A stretch of DNA of 64,000 nucleotides from Naegleria gruberi (taxonomy: Eukaryota). The notes beneath the pieces are model-generated. The model saw only the letters and a list, made by a program, of their open reading frames with translations, did no database searches and had not been told where the DNA came from. The translations under genes and the position numbers were made by a program. The DNA is taken from NCBI GenBank assembly GCA_000004985.1, contig GG738864.1; one strand, written 5' to 3'. This document shows positions 11,762-23,200 of the stretch, one piece after another; within the stretch, counting starts at the first letter, position 1, and each line of letters opens with the position of its first letter.

Positions 11762-12157
11762 CTGTGTAATGTAGTTGATTCCGTATCACAATCATGTTGT
11801 TGACAAATTATTCTTGTTATGTTATTAATTATTGAAACTCTACCCAAAGTTTGCTTGCTGTTGCACTTGTTGTTGCTGTTGTTGAATATGAATGTTTTGC
11901 GCGTAAATATTCGGTTGTTGTGTTTGCATTTTTTTTATTTGAATTTAAAAAGTTAGAAATTTTGGCGGCAACATTTAGAAAATACTAATTAAGATGACTA
12001 AGTGTTGTTAATATAACAATAAATGAAATTATTAATAGACTCTTTATTCTATCTTTACAAAAAATTAAAGGATTTAATAAACAATTAACGATTTACAAAA
12101 TGATAATACATATAATACGCCATAATGGTGGTGTGAAATAAGTTAAATAGGAAAAAT

Positions 12158-13650
12158 TTAAAGCTTCTTGGCAAACTCGACTTCTTCTTCGTCTTCCTTA
12201 AGGAATTCAATGAAATCTCCGAGACTCTTATCCTTGTATTCCTCAGATGTTGGATCATATTTAAATACATATTCATCTTCGGTTCCTTCCTTCAGTTTGA
12301 AAAGATCTTGATTCCACTTTTGTCCATTTTCTTCTCTCTTCTTTCTCAATCCACGTTGTTTTTCTTCAATCAAGTTCTTTTGTACGTTTGCATCTTCGAA
12401 TTCACTATCAGCTAAAGCTTTGGTGACCTTGTGCCAAACTCTACGAGATTCGTTTAATTTTTGACTGGCAACCTTCTTTACAAACCATGGAGCATGTTCG
12501 ACTTCCTTAGAATCAAAGAATAAGCTTTGTTTCTTGGTCTTGACACTACGGATTTGAACTTGACCAGTGATTGATCCATTAACCTTGTAGAGACGGTTTC
12601 CATCCTTTTTGATAGAACCCTTAATTTCATTGTCAGTACCAGATTTGAATTGAATCTTGGCAGAATAACCAGTACCTGGGCAAGAGATTTTCAAATCTTC
12701 ATTGATTTCAATACATTGAGTTCCCCATATTAATCCCTTGGCAACAACCCATGGGAAGACAATTTCATACACTTCGGTTTCTGGTTGGTTCAAGAAACGC
12801 ATTGTGATTGTACCTTCCAAGACAATTGATGCACTGTTACCATGGAATTTACTCTTAGGTTTTATCATGGCATTAACGAGGAGATTGTTTTTACGGTTCA
12901 TCAATACACAGGAAGCCATTGGGGGATGGTGAGATACTTGTTCCGCAATATATTCTGTTTTAGAAATTTCACCACTTGATGGATCCTTATGGATCCATTT
13001 ACAAGCAAAAACTTCACCAATAATTGGATTGTATGGTTTGGCTTGCATAATACCACCACGAGGTGTGTGGCTGGTATTACTCAACCACCATTTCAAAACT
13101 GAGATGAAACGTTGTTCTGGATCGAATGATTTGTGGGCACTTTAAAGAAACAAGAAACGTCATTATGTTGTATGTTTGACAGATTTAACACAAAAAGTTC
13201 AAGTGTCATTTTTCGGTTGATGATGAGTTGAAAAAGACGATTGGAGTTGAAAACAAAGTTTGTTGATAGATAAAGTAGATGATCGTGTCCAATAGATAAA
13301 GATCGTACGATTTTTTGATGAAGAAAATTAAATACTACAAAAGTTAAACTAATTACATACCTCAAGATATAATTTTGTGGTCTAACAAAGTAGGAAATAT
13401 ATTCAAGCATACTGATTGGAGCCAACAACGCGGATGGGAGAGAAATTCTGAACAAGTCTGCTCCGGTACGCAATTGTTTAACAACATCCATAATGATTGA
13501 TCCTCTGCTAATACCCTTTTCCTTCAAGGTTGATTCCTCAGCTTTAAATTGAGTTTGTCCATAATACTTTTGTTCTGTTGCGAGTTGTTCATCTGTTGGT
13601 TCGATATCCAAAATTTCGCTACCAGTTGTTGATGTTGGGGTGTCAGACAT
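12158..13650 (-). CDS. Oxysterol-binding protein homologue (short ORP, Kes1/Osh4-like). Exons 13650-13371 and 13139-12158, intron 13140-13370 (GTATGT..CTTTAAAG, 231 nt)
   Basis: OSBP signature EQVSHHPP. N-terminal LFRISLPSALLAPISMLEYISYF matches the Kes1 N-terminus. The two six-frame ORFs overlap at 13093-13096 and are joined in phase by the proposed intron. Confidence 0.8.
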
Positions 13651-14344
13651 TTTTTTTCGATGAGTAACGTTCCTATGCGTATTTTCTGTCGTGATGATGC
13701 ATTAAATTTTTTGGCTTGGATCTCAATCGCGCACAAAATTTCAAAAGGACGCTTGTATTTAAAGTACAACAGCAGATGGACCTCAGGTAAGGAATACCAT
13801 GTGACCTTTGGGTGTATTGAAATTGATATTTTACCAAGAGGTTCATTGGTGCTAATGATGTTGATGAACAGCAAGAATATCCCGTCCTATTGGTTTGTTC
13901 TCATCATTTTGTCGAGAATGCAGAGAGTGCAAAAAAGGCTCTTAATATTCCGTGGAGCTTTAATGGACTCTAAGAATCTCTAATCAAATAAATACTACTT
14001 ACGAATCGTTCCAACATTCGAAACATATGAAAAAGAATTTTCTTGATAATCATCATATTATAATGAATTAGATGGTGGCTAATGAGTAATGATGAATGGA
14101 TAATTATCCATTCATTCTAAATGGACGCTCTATGAAATCCTGACATACACTCGTTGAGGGAACATGGTTTTTTCAACGTTTAAGAGATGCTCATCTCTTC
14201 ATCGTTTGAAATTTACGATTGTATAGTTCATTCAATGGAGAAAAATGGTCTTCTTCCTTGTTTGCTGTTTGACTATATGAAGAATATTAAGGTATTTAGA
14301 AAATTACAAAAATATATATAACATTGAAGAATTGTATTGAGAAA

Positions 14345-17300
14345 TTAAGTATCTTCCTCCTTAACAGTGTAGAGGTGAGAATGTTTGTATACATGTCTAA
14401 GTTGTTCCTTAAGGAGATTGAATGGTTTTTGATGTTGTTCAATCTCAGAGTTGTGATTCATGCATTTTTCAATTAGATTCTTGCTGATATCTTGTAAGGT
14501 ATATCCAAATGATTCTCTATATACTCTAAAGAGTTTTGGAAGGATAATTATATTATTGGATTGAGAAGTAGAGTTGTTGAAATTGTTAATAATTTTGATG
14601 TTTTGTAGGAGGAATAATTCTGTTTCCTTTCTGACAAATGATTCATAGTTTTCTGGAGTAATGTATGGGAATAAAGTACAACAATTTCTCATTCTCATAT
14701 TCTTGAATTGTTGTGAGTTTGGAAGGATAGATATTTGAGATTTTTCATTCCACAATAGCTCACCATATCTGTACATTATAAATATCAATCTCAAATCAAC
14801 ATAATTAGAGTAGAAAGAAATAAATCGTGATCTTCTATCAAAAGATTTCATACCATTCCCATTCAAAACATTGATTGGAGGAGCTAACAATTTACTAGAG
14901 CCAACAATATTTTTCTGGTCGTGAGACATATCTGTAACAATACCATTAGGATAGCTCTTGTTTCCTCTCAAAATTCCATCACGAATGTCAGAAAGTGAAA
15001 ATATCAAGCCATCAACTTGATAAGCCATTCTATTATAGAAAATGAAAGTGGCATTATTTCCCACTAGTCTATACTTGCTGCTAGATCCCATTATCAATAA
15101 AGAATGATAGAATAGTGTTAAGAATAGGTTCAAAAAGAAACATCTGAATCTAACTCGTTCATTCTTTTCTTCATGAACATCCATAAGACTAGAAAGATCA
15201 ATTCTTGATAATTCATGGCAAAGAGGAAGTAACTGAGTTAGGTAAATGTGGTTTGTACACACAATTTTTCTAGAATGTTGGGATACAGTCTTGAAGAAAG
15301 TGGCATTTCGGAAATTATACTTTTCATATTTAGGGAATATTCCTTGATACATTTGTCTTAGGTATTCCATTAATTTGTAAAGAACTGCATTAGGTTCACA
15401 CCTATATGGAATGTTTTCAATCGATTCAGGATATGAAAATACGTCACTAATAGGTAAACTCATGTTAATAACTCGGATTGGGTTATCATTACTAAATCTA
15501 TACAAATAATAGCCATCAATAAATGATAGCCCATAGTTAACATGGTGAATAATGTTGGACTCAAGGAGAAGTTGATAGAATTCAACTGCTTGCTTTCTAC
15601 TTTCCATATTAATTACAACAAATGGTTGGCTGAGATCATTATTTTGGGTGTTGTTAAAATTCAAAAGCAAATCTATCGCCTCTTTAGATTCGAAACATTT
15701 TCTGTAAATCTTTCCTTTCAATAAATTATACAATGAAGTTGAATAATTACTTTGCTTTGGGTAACGAACTCTATCCAGTAGGGTAAGGTTATTCTTCAAA
15801 TAGGCTATTACAACTTGAATGTGTGAAACTAACTGATCAATATCGTGTGCCAATGGAAAGAATTTTTTAAGCTTGTTCAATACAATAATATCGTCCTTAT
15901 AGAGAAGAACCAATGAATTGATAGCAGAAAGTGGACCATCTACAATATTATTCTTAGGCTTCTTATCATTGGATGTAACTTGCTTGTACATATTAATCTT
16001 TGAAACCTCTTTCTTATTCAGGAATGATACATCATATTGATACTTTACATATTGGCCATAAATGGTTTGGTTATGAGCTGGTACAATATAAGGGGTTATT
16101 GATTTGGATTCAAACTGATTTTCAATAAAGTATTGAGAAATATATTCATCATATTCCTGTGATCTTTGAACTGATTGATCACTAATATTCTTTTCCTCAA
16201 TTAATTGGTTATTAAATTCGGTGGTATAATTAGAATACATATCCATATCATAACTAGGAATAACATTTCTTTCTATACATTTTCTTGCTTGTAAATTATT
16301 GTAAATAGAATTAACATCTACATTATAGAAATCTCTCAATACTTCAAATGAAATATTTGGATACTCATTACTCATTTTACCTTCTAATGATCTCAAAATT
16401 TCTCCCTGAGGAAGAACAGTTGTAGAGCCATTCTCGTTGAGAGTAAGCTTCATAGAGTTCATAATACTCTTAAGGATTTTTTCATTCTCTGCCACATTAT
16501 CAGAAGGTGTTGGGATTGGTGAAGTAGGTGATTTTTCTTGTTTCTTTTCGTGTGTCTTATTCTCCATTTCTTTCACTGGAAGAACTGATTCGATTTCATC
16601 TTCAACTTCAGAGTTAATAGTCAAAGAGAGCTGATCTAGCCTTTCATCACTCAGGTCTGTTATTTGTCTTGGATTATATGTTTCATCAAAATAGAGCTGG
16701 GAGGTAACTTGATTAGATACTTCCTCTTCATCATCTGAGTCATCAGAGTAATCGTCACAAGAGTCTTCTTCATCAGTAATCATACTTAAATCCCTATCAT
16801 CGTGTAAATAAATATCACCACTTTCCAAATCCCACAAATGTACTCCAAACAATCTAATGTGGAAACTTGGTTTATAGTTACCCAAAAATATATTGATAGC
16901 ATGTTGTTTCCACTCATCTTTAAAGTTACTACTATAATATCTTTTCATATTTGTCATTAAATCAGCCAAAACACCTCCTCTATTGTGAATATCAACACTA
17001 ACTGTTCTACTTCCACTGTATTGAATAGCAATATGGTCACTAACTTGTTCATACATTTGCATTAAAATTAAAATGAATTGACCATGGTGAACAAGATGAG
17101 GTGATTCAATAATTCCCAGTGAACATAATTGTTCTCCAAGAACATATTTGGCAATAATAAATTGAGCTACACCTGTTCTATCAAGACAATCAATACAATT
17201 AGTTCTTAAAACACCAGATTGTTCCTGTATCACTTTTCCATACTTGGATGTTGTGAAAAATTTACATTGTCTTACATGATTTTCTGCAATTGCATGGAGT

Positions 17301-19090
17301 TCATTCAATGCCTTTTCAGGTTTGTCTTTAATTGCATTCCTGAAATCAAATGGAACATATTCTATATGCTTCTTTTGTTTGAATGGTTCTTCATTTTTGT
17401 AAATATTCCTGTTAAGATATTCTATGCAAATCTTGAATTTTTCTCCCAATATTATTTCTCTTGGTTTTTTCTCGTGCTGTTTCACTAGATCCAGACACAT
17501 GATTGGAGAACCTTCGTATCTTTCGAATAGGTTATTGAAATGATGCATACTATCCAGATAGAGAGGATCAAATTTTGTAATAATAATATTAGGTTTTGAG
17601 AGTAGGTTTGATGTGGATGCTTTTGTTGTGGTAGTAGTAGTATTCTTTTGATCGTTTTCATCGACAGTGGTCGTGGTAGTGGTCATTGTTGTAGTGGTAG
17701 CAGTAGATTGAGACCAATATAGAGGAATACTTCCTCTCACTTGAACAAAGCTACTAAATGCACCTTGAGATTGATTATTGAATAAATGGTGATTTGCTTC
17801 ATAAACTATTTGCTCAATTTCAACATGATTGGCCACATGACCTCCATCTGAAATACCTCGTTTAAGGTATCTAGTACCAGCATAATATCGACTTCTCCTT
17901 GCAATAACTGTCAATACAATAGATATATTACTGTTACCTGTTTTAATTTGATTTTTCTGGAGTGTTTTGTTGAATTCTTCATGTTGAGAAGGTTTCATTA
18001 ATTCCTTTGAAGAGTTTCTTTTAACTGGCACTGGTTTGGTATAATCAGCAAGAGCCATTGAAACCTTGGATTGAATAAAGTGGCCATGAATGCATGGACA
18101 CATCCATTTAGACATTTTCGTCCTCTTCAATGGTTCAAGAAGATGTGAATTCCAAACAAACATATCACATGTTGTGTTTTTTGGTTCATCTCCATAAGTC
18201 ACTATTGGTGTAGAGTTTTGTTGCAATGTTTTTGTGAGATCATAGTTATAACTAAAGTAAAAATCCTGATTCAAATTAATATTATTAAATAATTCCTTAT
18301 ACTTGTCTTCGATTAACTGTTCTTGTTTTGAAAGGTTGTCATGCATAGATAATTTCACTAATTTAGTATCTTTAATTTCATAGACACTAGCATTACCAAT
18401 CATTCCAACTTTAAGTCTATCCGTTATCAAAACCAAATAATGATGAGATTTGAGTTCAATAAACCCCAAAATGCCATAAATATTATTAGTATGGAGTTTG
18501 ATATCTTGTTGAATACTCTTCATTGCAAATTTTATCATGTGCAATAGATCATTGATTTGTTTCAAGCTATACTCTCCAGCATCTTCATTTAAATAATTGA
18601 CAATGTCACAATCAGCTCCATTGGGTCTATCAATTTTTAACATTTTATACTTTGTTTTTGATCCATTGCATCCAACAAGATAAAATCTATTATATGCCTC
18701 GTATAATGTAAAGTTGCTATACTTTTCACCAAATGTAAAATCAATTTTACTATATTCACATTCAAATGATGAATTAAATTCCTGTTGAGGAATATCGTCT
18801 CCTCCCGTCTGAATATCCGTATCAGAATTGGTTGTGATGGGCTGAAATGATGAAATTGGAGGTTGAATTGGTGATGATGGTTCCACTACTTGTTCTTCAA
18901 CATTTCTCATTCGGGATTGATCTAATATTGGCGAATCATCATTGAATTCGTAGGTTGGTGATTTTTTGGATTTTTGATCACCATAGGGTGTGTTCTTTTG
19001 TGGGCTCGTATTTGAAGATGAAGGAACGAGCAACCTTTTGATGAACATTTTTTTTGTTAAAAAATCTTTTAAAGAAGCACTTAATATCAT
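14345..19090 (-). CDS. SAC-domain phosphoinositide phosphatase, very large (1581 aa) with long S/N-rich extensions
   Basis: Sac catalytic motif RTNCIDCLDRTG (CX5R) and upstream RYYAGTRYLKRGISDGGHVANHVEIEQIV. Single uninterrupted ORF. Confidence 0.75.
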   Translation of the reverse strand: MILSASLKDFLTKKMFIKRLLVPSSSNTSPQKNTPYGDQKSKKSPTYEFNDDSPILDQSRMRNVEEQVVEPSSPIQPPISSFQPITTNSDTDIQTGGDDIPQQEFNSSFECEYSKIDFTFGEKYSNFTLYEAYNRFYLVGCNGSKTKYKMLKIDRPNGADCDIVNYLNEDAGEYSLKQINDLLHMIKFAMKSIQQDIKLHTNNIYGILGFIELKSHHYLVLITDRLKVGMIGNASVYEIKDTKLVKLSMHDNLSKQEQLIEDKYKELFNNINLNQDFYFSYNYDLTKTLQQNSTPIVTYGDEPKNTTCDMFVWNSHLLEPLKRTKMSKWMCPCIHGHFIQSKVSMALADYTKPVPVKRNSSKELMKPSQHEEFNKTLQKNQIKTGNSNISIVLTVIARRSRYYAGTRYLKRGISDGGHVANHVEIEQIVYEANHHLFNNQSQGAFSSFVQVRGSIPLYWSQSTATTTTMTTTTTTVDENDQKNTTTTTTKASTSNLLSKPNIIITKFDPLYLDSMHHFNNLFERYEGSPIMCLDLVKQHEKKPREIILGEKFKICIEYLNRNIYKNEEPFKQKKHIEYVPFDFRNAIKDKPEKALNELHAIAENHVRQCKFFTTSKYGKVIQEQSGVLRTNCIDCLDRTGVAQFIIAKYVLGEQLCSLGIIESPHLVHHGQFILILMQMYEQVSDHIAIQYSGSRTVSVDIHNRGGVLADLMTNMKRYYSSNFKDEWKQHAINIFLGNYKPSFHIRLFGVHLWDLESGDIYLHDDRDLSMITDEEDSCDDYSDDSDDEEEVSNQVTSQLYFDETYNPRQITDLSDERLDQLSLTINSEVEDEIESVLPVKEMENKTHEKKQEKSPTSPIPTPSDNVAENEKILKSIMNSMKLTLNENGSTTVLPQGEILRSLEGKMSNEYPNISFEVLRDFYNVDVNSIYNNLQARKCIERNVIPSYDMDMYSNYTTEFNNQLIEEKNISDQSVQRSQEYDEYISQYFIENQFESKSITPYIVPAHNQTIYGQYVKYQYDVSFLNKKEVSKINMYKQVTSNDKKPKNNIVDGPLSAINSLVLLYKDDIIVLNKLKKFFPLAHDIDQLVSHIQVVIAYLKNNLTLLDRVRYPKQSNYSTSLYNLLKGKIYRKCFESKEAIDLLLNFNNTQNNDLSQPFVVINMESRKQAVEFYQLLLESNIIHHVNYGLSFIDGYYLYRFSNDNPIRVINMSLPISDVFSYPESIENIPYRCEPNAVLYKLMEYLRQMYQGIFPKYEKYNFRNATFFKTVSQHSRKIVCTNHIYLTQLLPLCHELSRIDLSSLMDVHEEKNERVRFRCFFLNLFLTLFYHSLLIMGSSSKYRLVGNNATFIFYNRMAYQVDGLIFSLSDIRDGILRGNKSYPNGIVTDMSHDQKNIVGSSKLLAPPINVLNGNGMKSFDRRSRFISFYSNYVDLRLIFIMYRYGELLWNEKSQISILPNSQQFKNMRMRNCCTLFPYITPENYESFVRKETELFLLQNIKIINNFNNSTSQSNNIIILPKLFRVYRESFGYTLQDISKNLIEKCMNHNSEIEQHQKPFNLLKEQLRHVYKHSHLYTVKEEDT

Positions 19091-19104
19091 TCCGAATATT
19101 TTGA

Positions 19105-19980
19105 TTATTTATCAGAATTTGAATCATTGGATGGTTTCCTATTCGAATACGAATATTGAAGTGCAAATTTAACACAACGTTGGAAATAATGACCTTCCCA
19201 AAAGAATTTTTTGCAAGTTGGACATTTTGTGACTGTTTGACCGTACAGATCATAAATTCGTTTTCCTCCCATAATTTTGGTCAATTCTTGAATTTCTTCT
19301 TCAGTAGTTGCTTTGATACACTGTACAGGATCGTTGCATTTCAAACATCTGGTGTAAATTTTTGCTGGATGAAACATGAGGTGGAATGATTTTACAATAT
19401 CTGAAATTGAGTCATGAAACTCAACTTTTCTTGAATCAATGAAAAGATATCGAATTTGTTTTGTTTCCTCATTATTCGAATTTTCTTCATTTTCTTCCTC
19501 GTCACTATCATAATAATCTTTCACTTTTGGTTTAGTTCCCTTGTTTTCACTCTTAATTTTTGAAGCCAAAGAAGCAGATCCAGTAACTATTATTCTATTC
19601 TCTGATCTAGCTTTATAAATAATATAATTCGTGGAATAGGATGGATCACTAATACAATCATATCCCAGTAATCTGATATGTTTGGCAATTTTTGAAATAC
19701 TTGTATCAGCAATAAATTTTGTATTTCGGAAAAAGCCATTAATTTCAGTTTGTTCTTCCTCAGTACAATCCACAAGAGGTTTATCTTGTTTTAAAACTCC
19801 CTTCGGAAATGTAAAATTCGATGTTTGTTCATTATTCTCCTTTTCCTCTTGATTCAGTACGAGAGAATTTGTTTGATTGATAATAGACATCATTTCTTCA
19901 TCCAAAAATTCATCTTCCTCTCCATTTGCTTGTTCGTCCACATTCCGAGCCTCCATCATAGGTTCATTACTTGCTAACAT
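19105..19980 (-). CDS. Mut7-C / PIN-like RNase domain protein with a C-terminal zinc ribbon, 291 aa
   Basis: IAKHIRLLGYDCISDP...RIIVTGS resembles the Mut7-C motif (LaRwLRlLGyD...RilLTrD). C-terminal CLKCN...CPTCKK Cys pairs. Its stop lies only 14 nt upstream of the SAC gene ATG on the same strand. Confidence 0.55.
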   Translation of the reverse strand: MLASNEPMMEARNVDEQANGEEDEFLDEEMMSIINQTNSLVLNQEEKENNEQTSNFTFPKGVLKQDKPLVDCTEEEQTEINGFFRNTKFIADTSISKIAKHIRLLGYDCISDPSYSTNYIIYKARSENRIIVTGSASLASKIKSENKGTKPKVKDYYDSDEEENEENSNNEETKQIRYLFIDSRKVEFHDSISDIVKSFHLMFHPAKIYTRCLKCNDPVQCIKATTEEEIQELTKIMGGKRIYDLYGQTVTKCPTCKKFFWEGHYFQRCVKFALQYSYSNRKPSNDSNSDK

Positions 19981-20207
19981 TTTTTATTTGTCTTTGCAAC
20001 AACTATTGTGTATTTCTTCAAATGGAAAAGAGTAGCATCTTCATGTTACGCTCTAAAATAGTACATTCTTATTACACCAGTTATTAATATTACCATTCAT
20101 CATCAAGTTGTTTCCTCTTCTTCCTACCTTGATAACATAAGAGAACGTTACGAAAGCAAGACTTTCTAAAAAATTTTGAAGTTGAAAAAATATTCAAAAA
20201 AATTGAA
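19981..20207. promoter_or_regulatory. Putative bidirectional promoter between the divergent Mut7-C gene (minus) and the RNA polymerase I subunit gene (plus)
   Basis: A 227-bp AT-rich spacer between two divergent start codons. Inferred from position only. Confidence 0.35.
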
Positions 20208-23200
20208 TTGAAAAAAATGTCCACCGTCATAGCAAAGAGCCTTCAATTCAAATTTTATTCGGACGAGGATATTGAAAAATTGTCAGTTCTCGAAGTTGAT
20301 AATGCTATTACACACGATGAATTCCAAATACCTGTGCGGGGAAGTTTATATGATCCAAAGATGGGTCTTAGGGACAATGATGGACCAATGGCAAGATGCG
20401 AAACTTGTGGATTGGTGAATACATTCTGTCCTGGACACTTTGGTCATATAAGTATTCCACAACCTGTTTTTAATGTATTGTTAAAAACCGACGTAACACA
20501 AGTTATGAATTTATGTTGTCCTTTTTGCGAAAAGTTGCATATACCAAAGGAAGAAAAGACAATATTATATTTGGTTTTGAGACTCTTAGATTGTGGATTA
20601 CCTTCCGAAGCCATGGAGTTAAACGATAAACCTCTCATGTTTTTGAGAAAGTACGGAAATGAACAAGAGGAAGAACCTATGAGCGAAGAGGAAGCAGAAG
20701 AAGGTAAAAAGAAAAAGAAGAAAAAGAAGAAAAAACTTGATTTGGAAACTGAACACTACAGATTTGAAGATGATTATCAAAAGCTTGTCTCAACTACTTT
20801 AGGTCTTATCCAACAACAAATTTTAAAATACGACGTGTCGAATGAATTGGAGCTCCATTCAAAATTCTTAAATGACGAAATTGTCTTTGATTTAAAACAT
20901 CAAATCAAGGAAAAGATTATGAAGACACATGCCCATCCACCTCTTTCCAAGATTAAGACTACAGGTTGTAGAAATTGTAAAGCTGTAAGAGTTCCATTTG
21001 CTATTCTCAACAAGGATTGTGTTGCTTTGCACGAGACTACTGTTGTTAATTTTGAATTTTTGAAAGCTCTTAAGGAATGGCATGGTAAATGTATCCACAA
21101 GGATTATGCTGACAAGAGTTTATTCGATGATGTGGACCAAGTTGATACCGTTCTTAAAAAGAGAATTGAAAAGCCATTCTGTTTAGCTAATAATTTCCAC
21201 TTGATGACAACTAAAATTTTGAAGGAAACTACTTCACTTTTCTATAATTACCTTCACACTGATGAAGTAGTAGATATGCTTGACCGTGTTTATTATAATG
21301 GTATTGAAACAGCTCTCAATGAAGTTTTATTCAAGATGGATATCAACAATGAAGAAGAACATTTATTTGATCTTATTGCTGGAAGTATCCAAGATAATAG
21401 AATCAGATATATGGATTCTTATATTTTACACTCCTTTTTTGATAACAGTCCTGCTCTCATGTTTACTAAGAAGGTTTTGGTGATGCCAGTTCGTTTCAGA
21501 CCAATTTCTCCTCTTCATATTGCTGCTAAGGAAGAAGGTAAAACTATGGTTACCTACGTTAAAACTGATATTGATATTCACTACATTAACGTTTTAAAGA
21601 CAAAGAAACTTTACGAAGATATTCAAGCTAAATTGGGAACAAGTACTATCAGATCTGATAACACAGCTATTGCTGTTTTGAGAGCTCTCCAATGTTACAT
21701 TAACGATATGTTGGACAGTACAAGTAATACTTCTTCTGGGTCAAATAGATTCTACTCATCACTTCTTAAGAAGAAGAAAACATCTACTACAACTTTGAAT
21801 CGTGGTATGAAACAATTGATGGATAAAAAGGCTGGTTTAGTCAGACAATCTATGATGGGTAAGCGTGTCAACTACAGTGCTCGTACAGTTATTTTGCCTG
21901 ATGTTGCTATTGCTTGTAATGAAGTCAGTTTCCCAGCAATGTTTGCTAAGAAGATGACATTCATGGAAACTGTCACTAACTTTAATATTAACAAGATGAG
22001 AGAATTAGTTATCAATGGTGCTAAACAATATCCTGGTGCTAATCAAATCGTTAAGAGTGGTAAAACTCAATCTGATGTTTCTTCCTCAACAGCTGTTGCT
22101 CCATATACTCGTCCTCCACTTTCAATTCAACTTAATGTTGTTAAATCAAAGAAACAAAGAGTTGCTATGGCTAATCAATTGCAAGTTGGTGATGTTGTCT
22201 ATCGTCACCTCCAAGATGGAGATATGTTGTTGATGAACAGACAACCTTCATTGCACAGACCTAGTATTTTAGCTCACAGAGCTAGAGTTATTGCTAACCA
22301 ACGTGTTATGCGTCTCCACTATGCCAGTTGTAAATCTTTCAATGCTGACTTTGATGGTGACGAAATGAATGCTCACTTTGTACAAAACCCAATTGCTCAA
22401 AGCGAAGCTCGTCAATTAATGGATGCTCAATTGTCTTTCTGTACTCCTACCAGTGGTGAACCATTGCGTGGCTTAATTCAAGATCACGTTTCATCTGCTG
22501 TCTTGTTGACTATGAAAGATAACTTTTTATCTCGTGAAGATTATCAAGAAATTTTGCTCAGTGCTAACATTTTTGATGTCAATGAAGTCATTCGCTCTGA
22601 AATTCCATCCATTTTGAAACCAACACCTTTGTGGACTGGTAAGCAAGTTATTACAAGTCTTTTGAAGCATGTTGCCAAGAAGAATACTCCAGCTGGTGCT
22701 CCAGTTTTTGGTGTCAATTTGGATTGTAAGACTAAGGTTAAAGGTACTGTTTGGGGTGCTCACAACGAAGAAGGAATGGTCATTATTAGAGATAACGAAC
22801 TCTTGACTGGTATTTTTGATAAGTCTCAAGTTGGTTCTTCAAAATATGGTATTTTGCACGCTTTTGATGAATGTTATGGTAACAACGCCAGTAATATGCT
22901 CATTTCATGTTTATCAAGAATGTTAACTTTCTACTTGCATTACTTTGCCATCAGTTGTGGTATTGATGACTGTCTCCTTTCCAAGTCTGCTGAAGCTAAC
23001 CGTATTGAAACTTTGAAAAACTCCAATGAAGCATGTCATCATGCTACTGCTTCCTACTGTGGTCTCCCAAAGAAGAAGGATGCTTCACAATATGATCACG
23101 ACAAGGTTAAGGAATTTTTGGCCAAACATATGCTTAACCCAACTGTTTCTAAACAAACAGGTGAAATTATCAATGAAAAGATTGTCCGTAAATTGGATTC

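Noticed and set aside
12738-12932. 64-aa plus-strand ORF inside the oxysterol-binding protein gene, and similar small internal ORFs (15542..15724, 16437..16634, 17219..17488, 18990..19172)
   Set aside because: They are embedded antisense or out-of-frame within long, well-supported coding regions. No independent evidence supports them.
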